DNA of 64,000 bases, taken from Bugula neritina. Its lineage: Eukaryota; Animalia; Bryozoa. The position numbers and the translations under genes are program-made. The notes below the pieces were generated by a model, which saw only the letters and a program-made list of their open reading frames with translations, made no database searches and was not told the origin of the DNA. Positions within the stretch are counted from its first letter, which is position 1; each line of letters begins with the position of its first letter. The stretch lies in NCBI GenBank assembly GCA_964035545.1, contig OZ037766.1, positions 21,316,767 to 21,380,766 of the forward strand. Reading direction: 5' to 3'. This document shows positions 20,101 to 34,600 of the stretch, piece after piece.

Positions 20101-23100
20101 ACATTATGCTAAATGGAAAATGCATGAAAATAGCATAATAACAGTTATAAAAAATAACTGCAGTTCAACATAATATTTTGTACATAAGGACTAAATACTG
20201 GAGCCACACCTCAGAAACTTGACATTCTTTGACAAAATATTGCATAATAAAAAGAAAGTGTCTAGTTATTCACATAGCCAGCATACTGTTTAAGTCTTGA
20301 TTAAACTTTTAAATAGTCTGTATGGTGGCATAGACTAGTCTACTTTATGTTCATCAGTGTGTTGCTAACACAGACTCTGAACATCACCTTGAACTTGAAG
20401 TCAAGTGTAAATGAATTCTTTTACAGGAAATCAATTTGAAAAGATATAGAATGGCACTTTTAGAAAGGAACCAGTGTCAAATAGTTGACAAAAATAAATC
20501 ATGAAACTGACAAATTACGCTTATTAAAGTAACATATCACAAATTGATGGAAGAATTTACATTAATGTAAAATTTTAGCTGTAGTTGCCAATTTGATGAC
20601 TCATCAAACATTAATGCCATACCTTGCACACTCGACCAACTCTAGATACCAGTTTGGAATTGTCCCACGTGTACTTGAAAGCTTGAAGATGTGGCTCATA
20701 AACATGTGCATTGCGTATCTTCTTAATTTCAGAGAACATAGGCTCGGTATTTGTGTTATGTCTCATGTAGAATACTGGATCTGATCTCTCAAATTGCTTA
20801 ATTCCACTTCTGTTAATGTGGCAAAAAGTCATGAAATTACTTATGAGTAAAATACATTTAACAGATTTATGGCACAATTTGAGATTTAAACTAAATTTGT
20901 AGATATTGCTAATTAAAAACATTTTTTAATTTTGTGGTAAGTATATTATAAAACACATATGTGGACAATAATGGGCTTAGATTCTCTTAAAAAAAGCTTT
21001 TCGCCGTTTTCAGTTGTTAAATGCGATAGAGCCATGCAGGGGTTAGTGCACTGACCTAGCAAACAGGAGATCAGGGATTTGAGTTCAAACATCAATGGTG
21101 ATGTTAGGAAGGACATATAGTCATAATTGCTCTTGTGCCACGTCATAAAGTTTCTAGCCCGTTTTGAAAAAATTCTTTCTGTCACGAATTCTTACAAGGA
21201 TAGAAATTTTAGACTAACATGAATTTTATATAAGAACTAACTCACTCTTCTTCTGGTATAGAGTGCTCCCACGGATAAGAGATAGTTCTGTCATATGACT
21301 TCCACAGGAAATGATGTCGGTTAACAGAATATTCTGGATGCTGCAATGATTCCCATTCTACTTCTCGGAAAAAAAAGTACACAAAGTCATCATCTTCAAA
21401 TAGCGCGACAGCTCTTGGCCGATGTGGAACTATAAAATAAAAGGTAACAGCAAGTGGACTAACAATTCAGCAGTTAATAATTAAAGCCGCTTAAATTATT
21501 TTTCAGAAAAATTTAACATTGTTTTCGCATTGATTACGATGTACAATTAGTCACTTAGGAGATGCTTATTTAAATACTACTTTAATGTTTTGCATCAACT
21601 TCAAGAATATATAATTCAAATATTACTAACCATTTTTATCATTTGTTTTACAAAAATAATATTTTTTTTTCTGAAAGTGGCGAGATAAGTTGACCAAAAC
21701 CTTTTTGCATCAATATAGCAGGTCAACCAAATTATCGTAGTTTGATTGCTTTTTCCATACATTTAGCTTACAACTATAAGTATTTCACAAATGCACACAT
21801 TTTTAAAACTAGAATTTAAAAATTTTATATTGAGGCCTTTTAAAAATGTAGTAAACTGAAATATGGTACATTTCTACATAAATAATAAAAGTATTGCCTT
21901 TTAGTTCAAAAATATTAAATACTCGGCATTATTTTGCTTGAGCATTTGCTATATAGCCTATGACATCATTGTCATGAGTCATATAGTCTGCCTGATAGCG
22001 CATTTAAAAATTTGAGCAGAAAGACAAAATTGAAGGCTTTAGAAACACAGTTAGCAGCAAAACAGAAAAGTTTAAAATAATATTTATACCTGTTGCTTGG
22101 TTACCGGTTTTCACAAGTCTGCCATATTTAGTTAAAGGGGAAGTAACCCATGTTTCTTTAAATGGATTGCTGGATACAATACTGTTATAGTTAATATCTT
22201 TTCCGTCTAAAATCATACACATTATTATAAAAGGGAGTTAGCTAGTTGGTGCATTTAGCTTTTTAATAATAATATTTACATTATACTTGCTAACAGTAGT
22301 GTATGTGTAGTTGGAGCAGGATGTGTTTTAGAGAGAACTTCACATCTACGCTATTTTTAATTTATTACCATTGCATATATAGTACATTTAATAAACAATA
22401 AAATCTGATTGTATCAAATAGTTATTAGTTATTTCTCACATTGGCATTACACCAAAAGTACATTATACTGTTATCTATTATACGTATCAACCAAGTAAGC
22501 AATAGGTATACTCAAACGTTCTCAATTAGTTGAATTACTGATTTGAGAGATTTCTAGAACTTGCAAAAAAGCAAATGCTTAGCTTTATCAGTGGCAGAAA
22601 CATCTGAGTGAAGTAAATAACTCACCTTCAACTATAAGACGAACCAGAGCGAGGCTGGAGCTGCTGGTTAACGGAATAGGTTCCTCGTATCCCATAAAAG
22701 CTTCATGGTTAGTATCCAACTGCTTTTCTTGTCCAATCTCAGTGAGAACATAAATAGCAGTGCCACCACCTGGGCCGTTTCCAGACGCTAGGAAAATAGG
22801 TTATCAAAAACATTTAATATTCCTGAAAAGGGACAACTCCCCCAATTCCTTTATAGTATTATTATATAATATGCTAGTTTATTCATGGTGTGGTGGTTCG
22901 TGGAACTACCAGCAGCACAACATGTAGGGTCGCGCAATTGACCCGGAACAATGGATAACCAATTAGCGTAGTTGATAGTTAGCAGCAATTGTAGTTTCCC
23001 GCTGCTAACTCAGTCGAAGCTAGAGTGTGAAATAGATTAGATGTGTAACTTGTTTGGAAATAATGTATCGTTTTTGTAATGTATAATTGTGTGTAAAATA

Positions 23101-26100
23101 TACTCGTTCACTCGACTTATCCTGGTGCAGTTCTATAGTAAATAAATAGACTCTCTGGATAGCACATCAACCCTAGATCTGGAAAACATAACAATATTAC
23201 AATAATAAAAATACTTTAACCATATTTAGCCACAGTTTAACGTCACATGGGTATGCAAAAATTAAACTTACATTCACTTAATTTAACAGCTTGTGAAAAC
23301 AATGGCAATATATTTCACTTGACTTAAAACTTGACTAGTTTTTTATAAATATAAAGTTTGCCATCAGTTATGTCAAGAAATAAGTATTTTGATAATTTTT
23401 AGAATATAGAATGTCTAATAAAATAAGCTGAAATTGTCGAAAGTTTTCAAATAGGACAATAAAGCATCTGCTTAGTTTGTTGCTTAAAATAAAAACCATA
23501 TCAAGTAGATTCTCAAGCAATGAACTGTAAAAGTTTACCTGATGTGATTGTTTTAGTAATTTGGTTGGGATGAAAACCACTGAGAAATGTGCTAGCTAAA
23601 TTCATTCCTTCACAGCTTTCTCTGCTTGTATCTGGCAATGGATTTTCTTCTACTACTTCCATATTGTTTGACTAAAATTTTAAAAACCCTAAAGTTTAAA
23701 ATAAAAGCCTAGCAAATATAGGCCAAGCTGATGACAAGTTTCCCAATCATTTTATTTTAAATTATATTAATAGAGCTAACACTACAATATGCAAATGAAA
23801 TATTCTGTCGGTTTGGAAATTTAGCAATAAATTTACAATGCTTCCGTCTTTTAGATATTGACTAGTGATAAAATATTTGGTAACTTTTTTCTTCCAGGTG
23901 CATGGCAGATTGATAATGTTCAATCAGATAACTCTAAAATAATAAGTACACAATTTGTAAGAGTTTAGCTTATAACAAATCCTATGCAGTATAATTTGTA
24001 ATGCGTGGTTGTGCTATGCATGTGTTTTATGGGTTCCCCATATTCTAGCACTGTACCATAAGGCTAGAATACAAACCATAGTAACACTTAGAGAGAACAA
24101 CCAACTGTCTCGTATTCTGATGTTATGATAATGTTCTCTTCATCTATGGCTACAAAAACTCTCATCATTTATAGACTTGATCAGATTTATAACCATTCTG
24201 ATAGAATATCACTAGAGGTGGCTGGTAAAATATATGTACCAGAATAACTATAAGATAGGAGGGGAAACATTCTATAACCAAGCAGTCACACCATCAATAC
24301 TGGTGAAGAAAATGAAGGGCAATGTGCAGTGATAGAAATAGATTCACATTTACACTGCATTAAGATAAAAAGAAAATGCCCAACTCATAACCGGTAACTC
24401 CACTATCATACTCAGCATGTTTAGGTTGGGAACACAATCTGCAACAAGCTGTAATGTACAACTGCCTACTTGCAGTATTAAAGTTATCTGATGTAGAGAC
24501 TTGCAAGTTTTAGAATAGCCTTAGTTCAAGGCAGAACTTTCTAACATAAAAAGTTATCCGACTAGACATGAAGGCGATTTTAAACCCATATATCAAATCA
24601 TTCAAATCATAGGCACAAGCTTAGAAAATTTCTATCTTTGCATCAAACAGAGTAGTTTGAGGTAGTCAATATACGTGGTCTGATTCACATAAATGGCCAC
24701 TTTTAGTATTCTATGATTATAAATCCTAATAGACCAATATCCTGTTTATGATAAATACACTGCCATATATAAAGGTATAGAGTCATTAAGATATAAATCT
24801 GCTATTTATTGTGTTTAGTGTGAATACATGATTGTCATAACTCATACTAGGATCACATATGCCATCAAATATGTTGTATATTGTGCATAATATTGTTGGC
24901 AGATCTTATCTTGTTATAATTTACCATATAACAGAGAGCTGCTACATCTTCACCTGGTTAGTTGTACATAGAGGCCTATTTTTATTTTATTTGTGCCAAT
25001 TGTTTTTATAACTATTCAAAACTATTGAAAAAAATTAAATCTGGATTATGCAATAACAATCTTTAAATATACCAAAGGTATGCATGACGGCAATCACTAA
25101 AAAACACAAGATTGGACTGCAATAGCCTTGTATCTTACTCACCTCTATAATGACTCTGGATGGGTTAGGAGTAGCGTCACAAAGATAGTTTGTAGCCATG
25201 TAGTTAGGAATAGGGTATTCTCTGTAGCATATGTCCTGCATACCATTTCGTATAGTCTCTGGTCCATTGTATAGACAGTCTAGAAACTTCTGGGAATAGC
25301 CACACTTATAGCAGGTCCTGTTGGCTTCGTATATAGCTCTACGGGTTTCATTCACCAACCCAGCAAATGTGTTGATGTTCACACCTTTAATACAAGAGTG
25401 ATATAACATCAAACAACTATGGTTGTAGGGCTTTTCTTAAGTTGGTGATTTTTAACCTATAGTCTACCCAGGTTTTTAAAAAAGCAATTGTATTAAAAGA
25501 ATTCAAAGGACTTGTAATTCAAATGTCTCACATAAGGCTGACTGACAGTTTGGGTCACTTCTGAATAATACTGAAGTACAAATTGGTCATAAAAAGTTTA
25601 AATGGGTAATAATTGGTTCACAACATCCACCTTTGCTTATCAACAACAGCTTGTAAAAACACCTGATAGCCAATCAAAAGCTGTAACATATGCTAGCCAA
25701 TCAAAATTTCTGAGGGTCAGTAATTAAAAGTTATGTCATGTACTAAAATCAGCCAATTAACATCCACGGTTCATACTTGCTAGCCAATCAACAGCTACGT
25801 ACCAGGAACCGTCAGGGCAGCAGACTCAGCCAGCCACACAGGCCAACCTTTTTTAAAATTGCTGACACCAGTTAAACCAACAGGCATCGAGCCAAATATT
25901 CCATTCCTTAATGCAATCAGTTTCCCATCAGAGCTGTCAATCCAAGCTAGACCTTTGTAGTGTTGAGAGCACACCATGTCAGGCTAGGATATACATAATA
26001 TTTATAAATAGTTATATGTTTTTGTTTCATAACACAGAGAGTAAGTAATGACTTGCATACAACATGTTAATTCACTGCTTCTTCTTAATAGTGATGTTCC

Positions 26101-29100
26101 CAGACACCAATATCACTTTATGATATATAGAATTAGCTTTAGTCAGAAACTATTACAGAATGATGCAAGCCACAATATTAAGCCCACATGATTGATAGGA
26201 TTGAAATAATTGACTTCATTATAATTACTAGTAGCAGTACTACTACTACTGCTACTAGTACGGTAACTACTCTATGCAAGTTATCACAAGGTAGAAATGA
26301 TTTATATTTTCACTATCAGTTCTATTAAGCTGGATTTAGCAATGCAAGAATAGCTTACTGGTGTTTCAGGCATTATTATACACACTCTCTTCTTATATGA
26401 CTTACGTCATCAACAGGAAGTTGTAGGTGTTTCCCATAATACAGTTTAAGTATTTTTATCTGTCTTCGACACTGCTGTTCATAGGTAATGTTCTTTAATT
26501 TGTATACTTGTGACAGCTTTTCTGTTGCTATTAATTGTATTGGCTGTCTTCTGAAGAATGAAAATACAATAACTGAAAAAATTGTCTCAATCTCAGACAC
26601 ACATGTAGTAGAAGTAGTGGAAGACCTTGACATTAAGGAGAAATAATAAAGGAAGCCATCTGAGGAAAAAATTGAAGAGCATAAAATGTTCAATACAATA
26701 TTTTGACAAGACGTAATGATTTTCTTTTTGTGCACTATTTTGCATTATATATACAAATTTAAGTTGTCAGTTCAATGAACAAATGTTTAGCCTAAAATGT
26801 GTGCATATTGTTCAATTATCCCAATATTGTGTTATGAATGTACATAGCACACACCTGTTAATAAATCTATCAATAGTTTGATATACATCAGACTGAGGGT
26901 TATAATCAGACTCCACTTCCGTTTCTGCTTCTCTAAAATCTGGATAATCTGAGGTAATGGTTTGAGGGTGACTGCTACCAGCTTCCTTTCCATCTGATAG
27001 CTTTATTTTGTATAGGTTATTTCTACAAAGGTTCTGACAAGTTGATTGGCTACTTGAACAAATGATTTACTAGTTTATAGACAAGTCAAACGTTAACTGC
27101 TAACTCTTTAAGGTTGAATCTCATCAATTACGTGGAGTGGCGCACAGCCAGCCCCTGACCTTCATATTCATGAGGGTTTTCTGGTTGCCGAGCAATCACC
27201 TACACAAACTGAAAAGAATTTTTGTCTAAAGCAGTAATGCTGTCCATACATACTCAGATTCTATAAAATCAATTCATCATGTCATATTCTTGACATCTAA
27301 GAATTTGAGCTCAATTACAAAAATGCTTGAAGCATATTACTTACAAATCTTACAGAGATTTCGCTCTGTAGGTTTCCAAGCATTATTTCCAAGAATGGTC
27401 TAAGACAAAATCAACTACTTATACTTCTACAACTTTACAAGTCTGAACCCAGGTTAAGTCAAAGAGAGTAAGATGTTAAGCAACAACAAAAAGATTGTGT
27501 CTACTAAGTAGAAAGCACAGGCAAGATATAAGTTTAAGGAGAAGTTTCTAACCCGGCAGTTCCTATTAAACGTGTATCGATAGTTGGTTTAACTAAAACT
27601 ATAATAATGTCTAGACATGCAATATACTATTAAGTATGTTTTACGGAAAAAAACATTTTTTAAAGATATATGATTTTAAGGTTAGATTATTAGTTAATAG
27701 GCTACATTAGGTTAATTTGTAATAGCATTGAAAGTTCAAGTTTTATATACAGTATTTAGATGTAAGTTTCAAGTGTAGTAGTGATTTTATCAAATTTATC
27801 AATTAGGAGATGCACGTTCAAAAGCATGCTGCAGCAATTCTGCATCTAAATATGGAGACATGGTGCACTGTCACACCATCTCTTCTCTATTGGTATACAT
27901 AGTGCTAAGCACCTACTAAACCCTAATAACTGTGAGGTGTGTTGGAGTGCTACAGTTGGTCAAGTCATATTCTACACAGTTCTACATTACTAATGATCAG
28001 AAAGAACATTAGTAATAAGAAATTCTTAAAACCTATGCTTCTAAGGTTTTTTACAAACTTTGGTTTAGGGTTAAGTTAACATAATATTCTTAGCAATATT
28101 TCTCATCTAAAAACAGGCTTTCCGTTTTCAAAAGTTTACCAATGCTACATCTACCACTTTTTATTGTACTTTGCTATAAGCCAAGAACTCTTAAATGATT
28201 GTGTGGTCTTACAAAATAGTTTCCATTTGCCAATAAACAACATTGAATACAAAAAGGGTGGGTCTTTCTGTTATTAATCTGTCACTAGTGTTGCTCTGAA
28301 ACCACAACACCTATTAATAGTTGATCTACGTAATTGGTTCCTGACAAATAACAACTACTACTAGTAGCTGAATGCTAGCTCATTCACTTCTAAATCATCA
28401 ACTCAAATTCATTCCAGAAGGAAATAATCTCAGCAAAGTTTTAAAGCAGCTGTATTAGTGAATATTTTTCAATTAGAATTTGGCAGTTGGAATATTACAA
28501 ACTTTAATCTTTTTAAGAAGTAACTGCATTCACTAAGAGAATTTTACACCAAAAACTGAACAAATTTCCATGATTACCAAAGGTTCAAATTTGGTTAAAA
28601 GCTTAAAATAAAATCAACGTGGGAATTAACAAGCTACTACTCCACAAATTAATTAGTAAAGTTAGAATTAAAGAGTGGTAAAAGCACAGTTGTCAGGTGA
28701 TAAGAAATTCATATAATTTAAACAAACGTTGAAAGGAATTCTAAAAGCTTCAAATACTTTCAGCATAATCTAAATGTTTTTAGCTACGAAGATTCTACAG
28801 TAGAAAGAGGAAACGTTTTTTGAGCTACGAAGATTCTACAGTAGAAAGAGGAAAAGTTTTTTGAGCTACGAAGATTCTACAGTAGAGAGAGGAAAAGTTT
28901 CTGGCCATGCCATATTATGCTCAAATATAAAAAGTTTATTTTTTGTTATGCAAATTATCCCATTACACATAATATATCAACATTGAAAAGCATCAACTGA
29001 CATATTAAAAAGCAATCAAAATATGCAAAGAAATTTTGTGAAGGCATGCTAGGATTTACACTAAAAGGTATAATTTGCATTTCAATCAAACCTGCCAGTG

Positions 29101-30167
29101 GCCCATGACTGGTTAATAGAGCAACTTATAAAAGCATAAATAACCTAGGCCTGCGTTGGAATAAATGGCAGTCAACCAGCCCGTTTGAAAAGTTCAAAAT
29201 ATTGAGCAAATTGTTTGGTATTTACTTTGAGATGTAAACATAAATTACCTTTAGGAATAGAGAAGCGTTAGATTAATTAGGTTTTAAGATAACTTTATTC
29301 TAGCATGATGAGCATAATTGTCCAACTAACATACTTTTTGATAGATTCTCCATTAGAATTTTGAACTTCTCAAATCTGGTTAGCCAGCATAATGGAATTC
29401 ATTGCATAACAAAAATTGAGTTGTATGCAATATTACCATCAAAACCATTGTTCTCAATTACAGAGAAACTAATGTAGCAATTAGTTGCTATGGCAAATGA
29501 TATGACTGGGAACTATAAGAGCCGGTGACTCAGAAGCTATCAGCTGTATGCATAATAATGTAGAATACAAACCTAGCACCAACGTATGCATGTAGATTCG
29601 AAGAGTCTATAAGAATACTTCTGTAAAATCCACCATCCTCCTCATCTGATACAAATTTCCGACCTAAAGACATAATAAGAGACACCAAATAGGTGTAGGT
29701 TTTACTATGTTAGTAACAGCTAAAGTCTAAGATTTGCAAATCTTAAACTGTCATTAGCATCTAAAAATTATTACTTTTCCTCTTTAACACTAAATACACT
29801 CCCTGTGTCAAAAATTTTAAAAAAGAAACAATTCAAGTGAATTACTTTAATTTTAGAATATTCCGATTGGATCTTAGATAAATATAAATATGGAGAAAGC
29901 ATTCCAAATTTAGTTTTAAATTGTTCATATTTTTGAGCTATTCCCTTTATCACATTGCATGCCTTTTAGCCTCCGAGTTTTCTTATGAATGCAATATTAT
30001 AAAATTGCCTAATATTGCAAATTGTAAAAAGATTGATTACCGTTTGGTGACTTGACAATGGGAGTGACGGCACATTGAATGATTGTAATGTAGGATATGA
30101 ATATAAATGCAGGCAAATACTGTGTCACATGGGAAACAACTCCCATGCCGTCTTTCAGAATTAACAT
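17170..30167 (-). CDS. divergent semaphorin-like (Sema-domain) protein with signal peptide; 3' exons not found
   Basis: Exons 30167-30041 (hydrophobic signal-like), 29663-29573 (FYRSILIDSSNLHAYVGAR), 27022-26855 (NNLYKIKL), 26550-26406, 25983-25803, 25384-25143, uncertain small exons 24450-23590, 22787-22626, 22206-22090, 21429-21246 (PRAVALFEDDDFVYFFFRE), 20809-20623 (LVSRVGRVCK), 20059-19795 (NDVG..FQTYLKSKITCSV), 18901-18692 (YTEL), 17224-17170 (KDIY..IYGVFSSP). These are the canonical Sema motifs in canonical order. Confidence 0.82.
17516..17606. repeat. 91-bp mini inverted-repeat element (MITE-like remnant) in Sema intron
   Basis: Perfect 17-bp inverted repeat AGTGTAGGGCCACACAA (17516-17532) / TTGTGTGGCCCTACACT (17590-17606). 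Confidence 0.55.
22889..23193 (+). mobile_element. solo LTR (305 bp), same family as 11109-11415
   Basis: TGT...ACA termini, AATAAA about 50 nt before the 3' end; flanks ATGG/ATAT give only an imperfect TSD. Confidence 0.7.
28777..28900. repeat. 41-bp tandem repeat, about 3 copies
   Basis: AGCTACGAAGATTCTACAGTAGA starts at 28782, 28823 and 28864. Confidence 0.9.
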
Positions 30168-31121
30168 GGGTGTCAATGCTTTTACTCCTTTATGCCATCT
30201 GCACAGCAGGCTTCTAAAGTATAACTATAAGAAATGAAGGTGTAAGCATAGTAAATTTGATATGACCTTATGTCAAAAATTCTCATGCCCAACTACAATC
30301 ATTATCAACAATAAAACCAAAAAATATACTTTTACCAGCCTATTGGTTGCATTAGCAACTTTGACAACACTATCTGAAGGTTGATGTTCATTAAGGGTTT
30401 CAAGATTATTCTGATTAACATTCAAAACTACAGCATAAAACAAACTGAACCTATAACACTCTAGTTCTTACTACGCCTTATAAATATATTATACTTATTT
30501 AGGAAAACTAAAAACATATTATTTATAGCATTAGTTAACTTCAGATGACGTACACATAGAACACCATTCCTCTTCTATAGTGAAAATTCATTTTTTAAAG
30601 CAAATATCATATTCATGCTGGGCAGCTTTTTATTCTAATGATAAAAAGTTGTTAGATGGTAAAAAAAACTTCAATTTGCCAAAAATAGTTTTTAACAAAA
30701 TTGAATGCTAGATTTTTCACCAAGAATGATCAATGAAATTTAAGATGGTCACAAGAAACGGGTTACATTTATGCCCTTACCTTCTTTTAATCACTGTTTT
30801 GCTGTTGTCAGTTAAAAATGGAACCAACTATTCATCATATATAAACTATATTATAATTGCTAGTATGCAATAAATAACAAGAATAACAAACTAGAATAAA
30901 ATTACCACTTTGTGGTAATTCCACTACTTCTAGTATTTCTAGCTGACAAAAATAAAAGATTTAAATACAGAAAGTTACTTGTTTCAGTCACCGATACTAA
31001 GTAGGCAATACTTTTATCAGAGCACAACTAGCGCTTGAGTTACGCTTCATCAAACATTCACCAGGTTTACCATGACACACAGCCTACAGATGGCGAGAGA
31101 GAAGCAATACTTCATCAATTG

Positions 31122-31135
31122 GTAACCATGGCAAC
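31122..31135. promoter_or_regulatory. RFX X-box
   Basis: GTAACCATGGCAAC fits the X-box consensus GTHNYY-AT-RRNAAC; lies about 550 bp past the CFAP99 stop and about 950 bp upstream of the Sema-like ATG. Confidence 0.6.
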
Positions 31136-31680
31136 TGTCAGTGAGTGAGTTATGTACCTTAAGACGTGATACACCAGATAGTCACTGGATAGTAAGATTT
31201 ATATGATCTCTTTGACTCACTCTTCTAAGTGAACACAAACAATCACTGTGAGTTAGAAATTTGAAGTTTTTATTTAATTGTCTGATTGAAATATTGTCAC
31301 AACTTTAGTTCCAAAGTTTAGTGTAGAAAATGAAACTTCAATTTTTAGATATCATGGCAAGTGTGTATATAGCAAGTAATACAAAACATAACACATTTCA
31401 ATACTAAAATATGATTAGGGAAACCTCAAATTAAGAAAAACACACACTTGGAACAATATTTTCCAAATAAAAACGTCAAAAATAGAAGTAAACCATTCAT
31501 TGTACTTTTAGCAATGCATAAAATATTCTAGTTGAATGTGCCAAAACATAATATGCTAATTTTCCAGATGGTTGAGCCTTTATAGATTGTACAATACAGC
31601 TTGTGGACGGATGAGTCATGAATTAAAATGTGCTCAATAATTATCAGCAGTTGAAATAGTATGTTTATTTCCAGAAAAAG

Positions 31681-34600
31681 CTACGTCATGATGAAGGGCC
31701 TACTTTGAACAGCCAGACGACTACCATTAGTTGCTGTAAGCCTGTTGTTAGCAGTAGCGTTACCATGGCCCTCAGCTTGTAAGTTAGACACTCTTTTCTT
31801 GGTTTTCTCTAGCTCTGCCCACCGTCTCTCTTCACATTTGCTCTGAAATTAATAGACATTTGTTTTGAGTTATGCAGCTGTCACTAATTAGCCAGTAAAG
31901 TGTATATTGCATGAAACTAACTATGGTTTTTAATGTTAGAATAATTATGCAATACAAATTTAGTGGTCAAAGTGAGGGGGTCTACATTGGTATGCCATAC
32001 CTCCAACATGTTTTCTTGTGGCCCTCTGAACTTAACTCTACCCCTGCCATAATACTTTACTGCATTCAAAAGGTTATGCGAAATAAGTGATTAAATGGTA
32101 ACTGGTTTGACATAAAGCCGGTGATAAGCTCCATGAAATGTCAAAAGCCAAAACACGCTATTTGTTATTATTTAACCGAATAGCTTTCAAAACGAGCAGT
32201 TTCTCTGATTCACCTGTTTCATTTTTCAAGTTTATTTTTATACATGTTTTGTTTGTAAATATGTAAAGTTCTTGTAAACTACTTTTAACAAATGACCATC
32301 AATATAATAAACCATTTTCTTAATAAAAACTTTAACCATAACCTGATTTCATGCTAGCACAGATAAAAGTTAATGTAACGGCCAGCATGGCCCTTTTGTA
32401 ACTCATTGTGTTAGTTCAAATAAATAGAAACCCATTTTTAAAATCGACAGTTATAGCAATATTCCTTATCGTTCTTAAAATTATTTTTGCCTTAAATGAT
32501 TGAAATTGCAGTTTAAAATAAGAAGACAAATTTAAAAGATGTTACATTGTGCAAGGGGTACTTCCCGGCTTTTTCACAGGCGTTTTATTTCATAAGACTT
32601 ATGGGAAACTTGAGGCCTATGGCATCTCAGGCACTAAAATTAGTAGCAGTTTGTTTAGGATACCCAATCATTTTCTCTCAACTTCGACCACTGAACATAA
32701 TATACTTTGGAAATCCAAGCCAAGATTTACAAATATAAGACACTCAATGGAAAAAAATATTGTCTTTAGTGGGTCTAAAAATATGCCAACCTATTCAGAG
32801 CTGTCATTTTAAAAACTGTATAATTATGATGTATGGGATTAGAAATGCACAAACTATTCTCTCATTATTCCCAAAGCTAGCTCACATTGCTAAATAACCA
32901 ACAACCAATGTGCAGTCCCCTCCCTAATCATAGAAGTGTTTCAGGCTTGAAAGATAGTCTAAACGTAATGGAGTATTAGTTACTACCACAACAAAACCTG
33001 GCACCAAATATTTCCTGTGAGATTATCTAATTATCTAACACTATTTTGCTGGTGCGGGAGCTAATATTTCATTCTAAATAGTTAAGTACTTGATAGGTTT
33101 TAATCTTTAAAACAAGAAATGATTTTGGAGTATTCTATATTTCACCTTTTCCCTCATCATGCTTGATGTCTGCCTCAGAGATGTTGCAGACGGCTTTACT
33201 TTCATCTTCTGTTGGGCTTCCAACCGCTCCGCTTTTTTCATTTCTAGTTTTTCTTGCAATGACAGTAATCTGTCATCACTGTTTAGCAGCTTTTCCTTAG
33301 TACTTTCTTTTTTCACTCGTAAATTTGCTCGTCTATATCAAAAAAAATTTAGGTTATATAATATTGTGCTTTTCATACATGCTGTTTCTATTGATGCTAC
33401 GTACTACTTACATATACACCAAGCAGAATTACATTTATGTTATTTGATAATTCTTAGGCTATTCAAACTTTTCTAATATTTTAAAAACCATAACTTTTGC
33501 TAATATATTAAAAGCTTCACTTACACATTTAGTTCACCATATTTTGTTGCTATTTAATAGATTAAAAGTGAAGGCTGGTGAGCATGTTTAATGGTTACAT
33601 ATTAACCTAGTTTTATCGAATAATTTAGTTTGGCAACAGCATGAAAGCTACCAATAACATATAAATCTCACTGTTCAGCTTTAGCCCGTGTATCCTCAGC
33701 CCTGTACTTGGATATCACAGTGAGGGTATCCATTAACATTCTATCTTTAGACTGTTTATTCTGAAGAATCTCAGTCCGTTTAGTTTCTTCTTCCTCAGCT
33801 TGTTTCTCTTTAAGAAGTGCAAGGCGCTCACGGAGCTGTAAACAGGTAGAACCAATTTTAAATACAGTGGAATAGTTTCATTATATTTATCTAAGTTCAA
33901 GTAAATGAGAAAGCAACTCTCCATAATTCTTAAAATATATAATTATTAGGACATCTTAATCGAGCAAAACAACAGAGACACTTGACTTGAAGGAACTGCT
34001 TAGAAACATTATGATAATAACTCCTTAATAAGTTTAAATAAAATAAAACCGTTTTAAACATAATTATTCTAACAATGTCTCTAAGTGACGAATAACAATG
34101 TTCAATAAGACTATGTTGTGAAAACTTGCCACTAGTATAGTTTGATTTTCAAAATATGAGATCACTAAATAATATGAAATGTGTCTCACTCAATACACTG
34201 TCTATACCGACTACAGTTTGACACTGTAGTGATGAAAGGTACACACCACGCTGCCAGGTGGTTTAATATCTTGAGTTTTAAACTCTATTAAAAACCAGCT
34301 TTCACTTAACATAACATTTAACTAACAACACAGAAGACACATAAAAATTAAAGTTAACTTACTTCAGCAATGGACATTTCATTGAGAAATCGATAGCCGG
34401 CTGTTTCTGTGAAGTCCACCATTTTGTTTCTACTGATGGGAGCAGCTTCCATTGCTCGAATTTGATGTATCAACTCCACTTTTCTTTTCATCTCTTCTTC
34501 AGCCTACAATATAATTTTAATTTGTGATAGAGATGGAAAATGAAAGGCAAGCACTAAGCTAAGACTAACTATAATCAAACACCAGAACAAGTGCTAAAAT

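Noticed and set aside
20946-21185. 79-aa ORF between Sema exons
   Set aside because: Flanking exons already join in phase, and the nearest acceptor gives a stop; cannot be supported without RNA data.
27130-27401. Two exon-like islands in Sema intron 2
   Set aside because: Exon 29663-29573 (..VGAR) joins directly and in phase to 27022 (NNLY..), restoring the conserved GARNxLY motif; inserting them would break it.
31960-32820. TE-like sequence in the last CFAP99 intron
   Set aside because: Could not find matching TIRs or a TSD.
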